64,000 nt of DNA. Source: the human T2T-CHM13v2.0 reference genome, Homo sapiens. The number at the start of each line of letters is the position of its first letter. Within the stretch, counting starts at the first letter, position 1. Under the pieces are notes generated by a model that was given only the letters and a program-made list of their open reading frames with translations, was not told where the DNA came from and made no database searches. Positions 13,846 through 33,183 of this stretch are shown one piece after another. A program made the translations under genes and the position numbers. The stretch lies in the NCBI RefSeq assembly GCF_009914755.1, contig NC_060939.1. One strand, 5' to 3'.

Positions 13846-14110
13846 GGCCGGGCGCAGTGGCTCGCGCTTTAATCCCAGCACTTTGGGAGGCTAAAGTGGG
13901 CGGATCACCTGAAGTTAGGAGTTCTGAGACCAGCCTGGCCAACATGGTGAAACCTCGTCTCTACTAAAAATACAAAAATTAGCCGGGCGTGGTGGCGGGC
14001 GCTTGTAATTCCAGCACTTTGGGAGGCTGAAGAAGGAAGATCGCTTGAGCCCAGGAACTCGAGACCATCCTGGGCAACATAGCGACACCGTCTAATTAAA
14101 AAAAAAAATA
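13846..14110 (+). mobile_element. Chimeric Alu (left arm, start of right arm, second left-arm/FLAM-like part)
   Basis: After gcttgtaattccagc the sequence continues as left-arm cactttgggagg...gagaccatcctgggcaac. Confidence 0.75.
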
Positions 14111-14278
14111 CATACATATAAATACATACATATGCATACATTATATATATGTGTGTGTGTATATATATATATGTATATATATATACACACACACGCACCC
14201 TGCTACACAATTTCCATTTCTATATATCCAATTTCTATATATATATACACACAATATATATACAATTTCTATATATAT

Positions 14279-14312
<34 letters not shown>

Positions 14313-14332
14313 CGTGCTACACAACAATTTCC
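14108..14332. repeat. Compound (TA)n/(CA)n/(TG)n simple repeat in PIF1 intron 1
   Basis: Alternating dinucleotide blocks, with a duplicated gctacacaa...tttcca unit. Confidence 0.9.
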
Positions 14333-14699
14333 AGAGCGGCGGATGGGCACCGAGGATTAGGGAGCCTCAGGTGTCCTGCAAGGACCTCACTAGAACAGGG
14401 GTCCCTGCGCAGAAAGAATCCTCCTTCCCCGAGACCCAGGGCGAGCACATGAATCCTCAGAGTCCTCTCCCCAGGAAGCAGGAGAATCGCCCGTGGGGAG
14501 ATGCAAAGAGGGCTGCCGTGTAATAAGCGACTTCTGCCTTGTAGGTACATTCACTGGCTTATATGCAGCGGGCAGGTCTCACTCTTCCCCGTGTACAGAC
14601 GTGGAAACAGGCTAAGAGAGGGAAACTCACTTGCCCTTCATAAGCCACAGCGGCTAGTAGTCAAAGTCAGTGTGATTCCCATGCCCTCGCGCTTCCCAC

Positions 14700-15400
14700 C
14701 ACCAAGGTGGGGACGAGGTGGAAAATATTCGGCTAGGGAAATCGCGGGGGACCCTGGGACCCTAGAAGCCGTGCTCCCTCAGGCTGACCTATTTGTTTGC
14801 ACCCTCCCGCCGGAAACCCCTAGATAAATCAGGCTCTTTGCTCCCCACCTCTGGGTTCGGGCAGACACTCACTTGTGCCGACACTCAGATGAACAAGCAG
14901 ATCGTAGCCGGCCTGTGGCTAAGCTCCGAAACTAGAAATTTTTCAAATGCTAGAGGCAGAAAATCACCCAATCACCGACTGGATCTTTAAATTCTCCAGC
15001 CACTCAGAGGTAGGGGCGTAACAATGGGCGTGTCTTTCTTTGCGTCTCTACTCCAGGAGCTTGGGCTGTACCAATTGCCTGCTAGAGGAAGGAGGTTTAT
15101 GGTGGTGGCTGAGCATACCAAATCCAGTGGACGGCTGGGCGTGGTGGGAGGAGGCCGCCGCTGCGGCAGCCACCCGGCGGCGCGTGGTGTCGGGTCTGAA
15201 AACCCTACGCGACTCCGAAGATTTATTTTCAGAACCATCCTTCCAGCACACTCCCTCTCCCCTCTAGCCCGCACACAGAGGCTGGGCTTAGCCTTGGGGA
15301 AGATCTGCCTTTGGACTCTCACACCCCTGTTTACACTCACAGTACCATTGTCCAGTTCTGGGCAGACCACCCCAAGGCCTGCCCAATCCCTCCCCCGCCC
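14700..15400 (-). promoter_or_regulatory. PIF1 promoter: CpG-rich, CHR element plus CCAAT boxes (G2/M, DREAM/NF-Y type)
   Basis: TTTGAA (CHR) on the minus strand at 14942-14947; TTTAAA at 14986-14991; CCAAT at 14968-14972, 15071-15075 and 15383-15387; GC box near 15392. Confidence 0.7.
14873..14950 (-). other. PIF1: PIF1 non-coding exon 1 (5'UTR)
   Basis: Donor CAA|GTGAGT at 14873/14872 lies just downstream of CHR/CCAAT promoter motifs. TSS position is inferred. Confidence 0.75.
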
Positions 15401-15729
15401 CCAACTCTACATCCTTCTCTGCCTTTGTAAGGGACTTTACGCTTTGGCTCTCTCACCCACCTGAGGCCCATGAGTGAGAAACTCTGAGACCTGTGCCACG
15501 TGCCAGAGGGTACAGCGGAAGCGAGTAGAGTCTCTGTCTTCAGGGAAATTGTATCCCTCTTCTTGCACAGGATGCTGAAAGAATTTACTTTTAATCATCT
15601 TTATTATCTCATTGAAGCTTGGAATTACATAGCTGGAAAGGATCTTACAGGTGAGTCTGGCTACCTCATTTTACAGATAATGATAACTACCATGGATTAA
15701 ATTGCCCTTTCCTTTCCTTTTTCCTTCTT

Positions 15730-15901
15730 AGGGCTCACTCTGTCGCCCAGGCTGTAGTGGAGTGCAGTGGCACAATCTCTGCTCACTGCAACCTCTGCCG
15801 TGGCGCGATCGTGGCTCACTGCAACCTCCGCCTCCTGGGCTCTGGTGATCCTCCCGCCTCAGCCCCCCAGGTAGCTGGAACTACAGATGCACACCCAGCT
15901 A

Positions 15902-15960
<59 letters not shown>

Positions 15961-16172
15961 CACACACACATATATACACACACATATATATACACACACA
16001 TATATATATACACACACATATATATATATACACACACATATATATATATAATTTTTTTTTCGTATAGACGGGATGTCACCATGTTTCCCAGGCTTGTCTC
16101 GAACTCCGGAGGTCAAACGATCCACCCACCGTGGCCTCCCGAAGTCCTAGGATTACAGGCATGAGCCCGGAC
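15730..16172 (-). mobile_element. Alu with its middle linker expanded into a (TA)n/(CA)n repeat (15905-16050) and an internal 33-bp duplication
   Basis: Alu arms on both sides of the microsatellite; gtggc...gctcactgcaacctc.gcc occurs twice. Confidence 0.85.
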
Positions 16173-16326
16173 CTTATTTTTCAAATGAGAAAAAAGCAAG
16201 GCTTCCAGAGATTTTACTGAAGGTCACATAGCTGATATGGAGAGCAAAACCAAACATTGAACCCAGATTACCTGCTCGCTTAATCACTCCATGGGGCTTA
16301 GCTACTACACCACACTGCTCCCAGTC

Positions 16327-17847
<1,521 letters not shown>

Positions 17848-18306
17848 AGGTGACTGGCCTAGCTTCATGAAAGGTATAACCTGGACTGGAATCTCAGCTA
17901 GTAACAGCCACTGCAATGCCTTTCCAGTGGATGCTACCCTAAGCAGGTTTCCATAACGTCTCAAGCCTCTGTTTTCTCAAAATGGGAGAAAGATAAAAAT
18001 AGTCTAAAATTGATTGGTGATAGTTGCACAACCCCGTGACTATACTGAAAACCATTGAATCGAATGCTTTGAATGCTTAAATTGTATGGTATGTGAATTA
18101 TATCTCCATAAACCTGTTAGAAATCTTTTTTTTTTTTTTTGAGACAGGTTGTCACTCTGCCACCCAGGCTGGAGTACAGTGGCACAATCATAACTCACTG
18201 CCGCCTTGACCTTCCTGCTCAAGTGATCCTCCCATCTCAGCCTCCCAAGTAGTTGGAACTACAGATGACTACCACCACGCCTAGCAAATTTTTGTATATT
18301 TTATAG

Positions 18307-18465
<159 letters not shown>

Positions 18466-18598
18466 TGACATATATTGAATATCAGTGGCATGCGTCATTG
18501 TGTATGAGTAAATGAGTAGGTTAAGAAAAATTTTCAGCTGGGTGTGGTGGCTCACGTCTGTAATCCCACCACTTTGGGAAGCTGAGGCAGGTGGATCA

Positions 18599-19678
<1,080 letters not shown>

Positions 19679-19819
19679 GCCACATAGAGAGAAAATGAAA
19701 GAGCTGGGATTATGAACCCAGGTCTGTTTCCAAAGCCTGTGTTCTCTCTTTCCACTGCTCTCTGCTTACAATGGGCCTAGCGCACTTACACACAGGGGAA
19801 GCCAAATCCCTTACCCTGA

Positions 19820-20120
<301 letters not shown>

Positions 20121-21179
20121 TAGCCAGGATGGTCTCGATCTCCTGACCTCGTGATCTGCCCGCCTCTGCCTCCCAAAGTGCTGGGATTACAGGCGTGAGC
20201 CATCGCGCCCGGCCTTGGCTTTCAAACTTTTTAAAAACAATTGTGGAAAAATATACACGACATTTATCGTTTTAATTATTTTTAAGTGTATAATTCATGG
20301 CATTAAGTACATTCCAAATGTATAACCATCACCACAATTTAATTAATTAATTAATTAATTTATTTATTTTGAGACAAAGTCTCACTCTGCTGCTCAGGCT
20401 AGAGTACAATGGCACGATCTCGGCTCACTGCAACCCCTGCCTCCTGGGTTCAAGCGATTCTCCTGCCTCCGATTCCCGAGTAGCTGGGACTACACCTGCC
20501 TGCCACCACGCCCGGCTAATTTTTGTATTTTTAGTAGAGACGGGGTTTCACTATGCTGGCCAGGCTGGTCTCGATCTCCCGACCTCAGGCGGTCCACCTG
20601 CCTCGGCCTCCCCAAGTGCTGGGATTACAGGCATGAGCCACTGCACCTGGCCACAATTTATTTATTTATTTTTTCACTTTCCCCCACAATTTATTTTTGA
20701 ATGTTTTCATTATTTCACATAGAAACTTCATCCAGTTCAGGCGTGGTAGCTCATGCCTATAATCCCAGCACTTGGGGAGGCCAAGGCGGGTGGATTACCT
20801 GAGGTCAGGAGTTTGAGGCCAGCCTGACCAACAAAGTGAAACCCCATCTCTACTAAAAATACAAAAATTTGCCGGGCGTGGTGGTGGGCACCTGTAGTCC
20901 CAACTACTCAGGAGGCTGAGACAGGAGAATGGCGTGAACCCGGGAGGTGGATGTTGTAGTGAGCCGAGATCACGCCACTGCACTCCAGCCTAGGTGATGG
21001 AGCGAGACCCCATCTCAAAGAGAAGAAAAAAATGAAACTTCATCCATTAGGCAATAACTCATCATTCCTACTTCCTCTCACACTTTAGTTCTCTCATTTT
21101 ATTATGAAAATATCCAGGCCAGGCACGGTGGCTCACGCCTGTAATCCTAGCACTTTGGGAGGCCGAGGTGGGCAGATCA

Positions 21180-21491
<312 letters not shown>

Positions 21492-21585
21492 TCATCACCA
21501 ATCTACAATATTTTGCAGTATTTGTTTTATCACATCCATACATCTACCCATCTCTTTGTTATGTACTTCAAAGCTACAGAGATGA

Positions 21586-21939
<354 letters not shown>

Positions 21940-21977
21940 TAAAAAATTTTTTTGTTCGTGTCCTGCACGGCGGCTCA

Positions 21978-22472
<495 letters not shown>

Positions 22473-23139
22473 TAGTAGAGACGGGGTTTCACCGTGTTAG
22501 CCAGGATGGTCTCCATCTCCTGATCTCGTGATCCACCCACCTCGGCCTCCCAAAGTGCTGGGATTACAGGCGTGAGCCACTGCACCTGACCCTTGTATTT
22601 TTAGCAGAGACCGTGTTTCATCCTGTTGGCTAGGCTGGTCTTGAACTCTTGACCTCAGGTGATCTGGCCGCCTCGACCTCCCAAAGTGCTGAGATTACAG
22701 GCATGAGCCACCAAGCTCAGCTTTTTTTTTTTTTTTTATTTCTAAAAGTAAAAAGGCCAGGTGTTGTAGCTCATGCCAGTAATCCCAGCACTTTGGGAGG
22801 TCAAGGCAGGTCAAGGCACTTGAGCCCAGGAGTTACTGACCAGCCTGGGAATCCAGGTGAGACCCCCATCTCTACAAAAATTAAAAAAAAAAAAAATAGC
22901 TGGACGTGGTTGCACATGCCTATGGTCCCAGCTACTTGGGAGGCTGAGGCTAGAGGATGACTTGAACCCAGGAGGTCAATGCTGCAGTGAGCTGTGATGA
23001 TACCATTGCACTCCAGCCTGGACAACAGAGCAAGACTCTGTCTCATAGAAAAATAATAATGAATTACATTTAAAAATCTTTTTAGAGACAGAGTCTCACT
23101 CTGCTGCCAGGCTGGACTCAAATACTTGGGCTCAAGTGA

Positions 23140-23478
<339 letters not shown>

Positions 23479-23481
23479 TAG

Positions 23482-23815
<334 letters not shown>

Positions 23816-23923
23816 TAATGTAAACTTCACATACAGTGAAACACATAAGTCTTAGGAGTATCATTAGAAGACCTTTGCAAATTAATATACCTGTGTAGCC
23901 CAAACCCCTATCAGGATTTACAA

Positions 23924-24061
23924 CTGTGCTGTCTAATACAGTGGCCACTAGCCACATGTGGCTATTTTAATTTAAACTTAAATCAATTAAAACTAAGTGA
24001 AACTCAAATCCAGTGCTCAATTGCCACATGTGGTTAGTGGCTATTACATTGGATAGCACAG
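23924..24061. mobile_element. MER3/MER33-like non-autonomous hAT DNA transposon (palindromic)
   Basis: About 39-bp imperfect terminal inverted repeats: ctgtgctgtctaat...ccacatgtggc / gccacatgtgg...ggatagcacag. Confidence 0.7.
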
Positions 24062-24219
24062 ATAGGGGACAGTCTCCTCCACTGCATGAAATTGTAAGAA
24101 CATTATCATCACCTAGAAACTTCCTTTGTGCCCCTTCTCAGTCAATCCCCACTCTCAGTCCTTAGACAACCTCTGTTCTGATTTTATTTTTAACCATGGA
24201 TTAGTTTAGCTTGTTCTAG

Positions 24220-24769
<550 letters not shown>

Positions 24770-25039
24770 TGATCCACCCACCTCGGCCTCCCCAAGTGCT
24801 AGGATTACGGGCGTGAGCCACCGCGCCCGGCCTGGATTTATGTTTTAATTTATTTTGAATAAATACCTAGGTGAGAAATTCTGGGTCATAGAGTAGTTGT
24901 ATATTTAGTTTCATATGAAACTGTGAGATCTTTCTTCAAAGTGGTTGTACTCCCCACACAGGATTTTGTCTGAGCAACAAAGTCCCTGAAGGGAAAGGTA
25001 TCGAACATGTAACTAGACACTGCCTGGTGGTGGATTAAA

Positions 25040-25270
25040 GGTCCTCGGGTCTTCGCTCCTCCCCGCTCCACGCGCCGTGGGCCTACCAGCTGCATCCTGA
25101 TTGGCCCGCGGCGTAGGGAGGCGAGGCCAGAGGGAGCCCTACCTCCTGCGGCTGTACTTCCTCCCCTTCGGCTTCGGGCGGTTCTGGGCATCCGCCCGAC
25201 ACTCTGCTCCCTGCTGCCGCCGTGAGGTCAGTCTGGATTGAGGTGCAACGCTGCTCTCGGATCTCGCCCA
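25040..25270. promoter_or_regulatory. Orphan CpG-rich promoter-like element
   Basis: Non-repeat CpG cluster with ATTGG 25100-25104, ETS-type ACTTCC 25156-25161 and GGGCGG/CCGCCC boxes. Confidence 0.55.
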
Positions 25271-25639
25271 ACCCAAAGCCTGGTTTGGAGGCAAGATCTC
25301 AAAAGGAAAGGGTTTTCTTCATTTTGAAATTTCCTCCTCGGAATATCCTTCCACACGTCTTATCTGCTCGCTGTCATTGAGAGGTCTCAGTTCAGTCCCT
25401 GGCTCATTAATAATAGCTACAATGACATTAGCACAGAGGGGGTTATAAAATGCATTTTTGGCATTATCTCATGTGATACTACTCAAAAGGCCCCGTCCCT
25501 TCCACCTTAGGATCCTTTCTCTCCAAGCTTTTTGCCCTCCCGCTTTCGCAGCCCGAAGCTTACAAGGACAGTCTGTAGAAGAGCTGAACGGGAAACGGTA
25601 TTTATTTTACTGTCTTCCAGTTTCCAGAGCAGGACGGCA

Positions 25640-28000
<2,361 letters not shown>

Positions 28001-28068
28001 AACTCAACCCCTCCTCTGGGAGCCACTCTCACCACACACCATGTACTTTTTCATCAAAGTCCTTCTCA

Positions 28069-28224
<156 letters not shown>

Positions 28225-29323
28225 TTAAGTGTCCTTATCAGGACTTGTCTACCTTCCTGCTGGTTTGGTTCATCAGCTCTCCAAGGCAGGACCTAGATCT
28301 TACGTGGTGTGGTCACACGATGCTGCCCAAAGGAGTCATGTGGAGTCAGGCAGGGTTTGAATCCAGTCAAGTGGCCTTAACCAGGTCATCTAACTTCTTC
28401 AAGCCTCAGGTTCCTGATCTGTTCAATGAGGATAACAATTGTATCTATTTCATGGATACTTTCGTGACGATTAAATGAGATATAGGGAGAGTTTAGAATA
28501 CTGAGTAGATAACAGGGGGCCTTACATTCTTTTCAGTGAATAATTGTAGGATGATGCCTTAGAAAGCACCCCCACTTAAGGGGCACTCAGTACACTTTGC
28601 AGAATGATTAAATGGTACACACACAAAACAGACCCCCACACCTCCCAAACCTTCAATGACTTCCCATTGCCCTGAGGTTAAAATGTGGTCTCCTCCACAC
28701 AACCTACAAGGCCCTCTCTGCACAAAGCTGTCTGCTTTTCCAGACTGGCCGCCCTACATACACATGCTGTGCTGTTCATGCCTCCATGCCATTGATTACA
28801 CGCTGTCCCCTCTCCCTAGAATGCCTGTCCTACCCCTTTGTCCTGGTTCTGGTGCCCCTTCTCTGTGCATTTACCTTCTCATTTAACACTCGGCATTCTC
28901 ATCTTCTTACATGCCTTTCTCCCCAGTAGAGGACAGGGATCCTGAGCTCTGCCATTATCTCCCAGCCACTATTGTAGGGACTGACAGACAAAGAAAATAA
29001 AATATGTGTTGAATGAAAGCACACAGTATAGAGGCAAAACCAGAGGGTTTTTTGAGCTAGATGGGGAAACTGAGGCCAGAGTAGTTCTCAATGGCTCATT
29101 CCCCAAAATGACAGAACTATTTGGATGTCAAACCAACCTGTCCTCACTGCTCTCTCCCTACAAAGGGCTGCTTCTGTGTAACAAAATGAATTTCCCCAGG
29201 GTCTCTGGTCTGCTGCAGGTGGAGCATGAGTTTCCAGATACAAGATCTTCTGAGTCCTTGATCATTGGAGTAGAATGCTGCACAGCTCTGCAGATTGAGG
29301 GAGTAAAACCATGTGGTGGCTGA

Positions 29324-29960
<637 letters not shown>

Positions 29961-30449
29961 GACCAGTGTGATAATATCAGCCTCAATTTTCTTCATTCCT
30001 TTAGCTAAAGGATCCCAGGCCTAGGCATGAGGGAGAAGTGTACCTGCATCTCCTTCCCCCTTGGCCTGAGAGCCCCAGGCTGCCCTTTTCCGTACAGGGC
30101 TGGAAGTAGCCTGGGAGCCTGAGGGCTGGCAGAAGGCCGTGAAAGGGGAGCTTGGTCGCTGGCACAGCCGCTGCTATGGCAGCCAGAGCCGAAGAAGGTC
30201 ACCATTGATCTCACATGCACTTAATTTTCCCTTCCTTGGCATGGGACGGGGTTGACCAGGAGAGCTAAGGGGGAGTATGCGTGTGTGTGTGAGAGGGGAG
30301 CGGTGCTGCAGGCTGCGATGCAGCCAGTTACTTTCTCTCTCTGGGCCTCAGTTTCTCCAATGTAAAATGAGGGCGCATGGTATAACTAAAATCATTACTC
30401 TCTGCTGGTCCCCACACTCCCACTCTCCAGTAAGGCTGTCAGGGCTGCA

Positions 30450-31659
30450 AGCCCACCGCGGGATCGGGGGGATGGTCGACCCTCAGATACGGGAGGGATT
30501 GAGCGATGCCCAAGGAGAGCAGGAGAACACTGCGCTTGGAGACCCCTGAGAGCCAGGGGCGGGCCGCCCCCTAAAGGGACCCCGGAGTCCCGACTCTCAG
30601 CTCCAGCTCTTCCTGTGACACCACCCTCCGGACAGAGACCCAAGCTCCAGGCCCGGCCCCGCCCAGAGGTTCCAGGGAGAAGACCAGGCCACCGCCCACT
30701 GCCCGGCGTCGGGGAGGAAAGAGGAGGAGCCTCTGTGTGCCCACATCTCTGGCCGCCCAGGGCAGCTCGGCTCGGTCTCGCAACCCCAGCCCACTGGTTC
30801 GGGAGACCTCAAAGGCTCCACCGCCAGCGCCCCCAGCGCTCACTGTGTGCGCCCCACCCCAGCCCTGCCTGCGCGCCGCTCCCGCCACCCTCGCCTCAGT
30901 CTCTGGGCCGGAAGCCCCCTCTCCTCCCCCGCCGCAGCCCCCTCCTAGTCCCTCTCCCTCCGCCGATGCGGGAAACCTTCTCCGCCCCGTCCCGCCCTCT
31001 TCCTCCAGTTGCATCTCCGCCCGGCTCCTCCGTCCAGTCTCCAACCCAGGCCCCGCCCCTCCCCACCCATTTCCCGCCCTGGGCCGGGCCCCCGGCCCCA
31101 CCGCCCCCTCCCCGGCCCCGCCCCGGCCCCCGGAAGCCTCACCCCGCCCCCGGCCCCGCCCCCCCGAAGTTTCTTGGGCCCCCGGCAGCCGGCGGGACAG
31201 AACGCGGAGAGTCGCCGCCTGGCCGGGCGTAGACGCGGTGGCAGAGCCCGCGCGGCGCTGGAAGCGAGTGGCGGAGCGGCGGGACCTCGGCGGACTCGCC
31301 ATGGAGGAGGAGGTGAGGGCGGGGCCCGGCGGGGCGTTGGGCTGGGGTCCTCGAGCCCCTCACGGGGATTGCGGTCCTGGGCTCAGGCCCTCGTTCCTGC
31401 CCGCCCCACTCCCGCCAGTCTCACCTCAGGAAGAGCCTGGGCAAATGGGGCAGGGGCGAGGGGCTGGATCCATATCGGGGACTTCGCAGACCGCGTCCTC
31501 CTTCATTCTCGCTGACTTTCTCACCAGTTGTGGGGCGTCGTGGTTGTTACCGTTCCCATTGGATTGACCAGGAGACTGAGACTCCAGCGAGATTGATGAC
31601 TTGCTGAAAGTGGCCTGGGTGACTGGGCTCGAACCCCGATTACCGTGGTCGGATCCTGA

Positions 31660-31660
<1 letters not shown>
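30450..31660 (+). promoter_or_regulatory. PLEKHO2 CpG island promoter with multiple Sp/KLF GC boxes
   Basis: Very high GC and CpG; many CCCCGCCCC motifs at 31050-31165, directly upstream of exon 1; no TATA box seen. Confidence 0.9.
31301..31312 (+). CDS. PLEKHO2: PLEKHO2 exon 1 coding part (MEEE)
   Basis: Strong Kozak ctcGCCATGG; donor GAG|GTGAGG. Confidence 0.93.
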
Positions 31661-31706
<46 letters not shown>

Positions 31707-31823
31707 GGATCCTGACTGTGTGTGTGTGTGTATGTGTGTGTTGGGGGGTTCCTGTCTCAAGGATCGGATCCTGACTCTGTGTGTGTGTGTATGTGTGTGT
31801 TGGGGGGTTCCTGTCTCAAGGAT
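31649..31823. repeat. Compound minisatellite: three units, each starting TCGGATCCTGACT plus (CT)n/(TG)n
   Basis: Unit starts at 31649, 31705 and 31764; units 2 and 3 are near-identical copies of about 59 bp. Confidence 0.9.
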
Positions 31824-32838
31824 GTGACCATGCTTTGGTGGCAGGAGGATTGGAGAAGTTGCTTTTTTCTCCCTTGTATAAGTCTCTGTATCTTTTCCCC
31901 CACTCTCTCCCCGCTCCACATCCATCTGAGCAGCTAGCTGTAGGGAAGGAATCGGGAGTCCGGCCCACCTAGGGTCTGATCTTAGTCCCTGCCTTCCCCA
32001 CCCGAGGGCTGGACCAACTGTGTCCCTGGAGCCTCCTTCTAACCACTCAAAACACTCTTGGCCTGGGATTGGGTCTTGCCCCTGCCCCTGCCCTTTACTT
32101 GCAAACTCAGTTCTGCCAGCAGCCGCTTTATCCGAGGGTCCAGCACGCAGCAAGCACTTAATATATGCCTGTGGAATGATTAAGTTAAAATGAGGGGCCT
32201 GTTGGGTCTAGAGGAAGGTGAATTTGTTTCTTATCCCCTGAGGGGGTCCCAGCTTCAGCCCCTCTCAGCCCAAGGGAAGGGGCATGTCTTTGCCTCCTTG
32301 GATGGGGAGGAAAGATGAAGTTCTCTGCCTTGGGGGAACCCTGGCCAGCTGGGAAGCCCTGAGTGGACCGGACTGCCTGTGTCCCTTCAGTGCCCACCTC
32401 CCACTTTTCCAGGGCCATGGATAGGAGCAGCTAGTGGTCCGTCAGGGCTCCCTCTAGGCCAGGCCCTGCCTTTCTGTGGGATGGTAGATAAGTCACTTCC
32501 CCTCTCAGCCTTCATTTCCTCTTCTACAAAATATAGTGCCTGTCCTCCTCATACTCCTGGCCTGACAGTGGCCGGTTCTCTCAGTGGGTGAAGGTAGGGG
32601 GCAAAGTCAGGCCTCTGTGATTTGCTGCGGTTTCTTTCTGGCTGTTAGGTGGGGCTGCCATCTGCCTGCCCCAGGCCCCTGCTGCAAGGGCTGGGCTCTC
32701 TGGCCAGGGCCCCTCCCCTGCTCCCAGAGGATGTGGGTCAGGATTACTCCATCTCCTGATCTGCGCTGGCCCCTGATTAAGGGAAGTTCTCCGGACACCT
32801 CCTGGGCCCGGCTCAGCTCTGTACACCCTTGGTCCTGA

Positions 32839-33183
<345 letters not shown>

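Noticed and set aside
30571-31567. ORFs of 168-276 aa across the PLEKHO2 promoter
   Set aside because: Pro/Gly/Ala/Arg-rich artefacts of the CpG island; only MEEE (31301-31312) is coding.
31649-31823. Repeat-spacer-like arrangement reminiscent of a CRISPR array or a cloning artefact (three BamHI sites)
   Set aside because: The spacers are microsatellite copies of each other in a human intron with no cas genes. This is ordinary tandem duplication.
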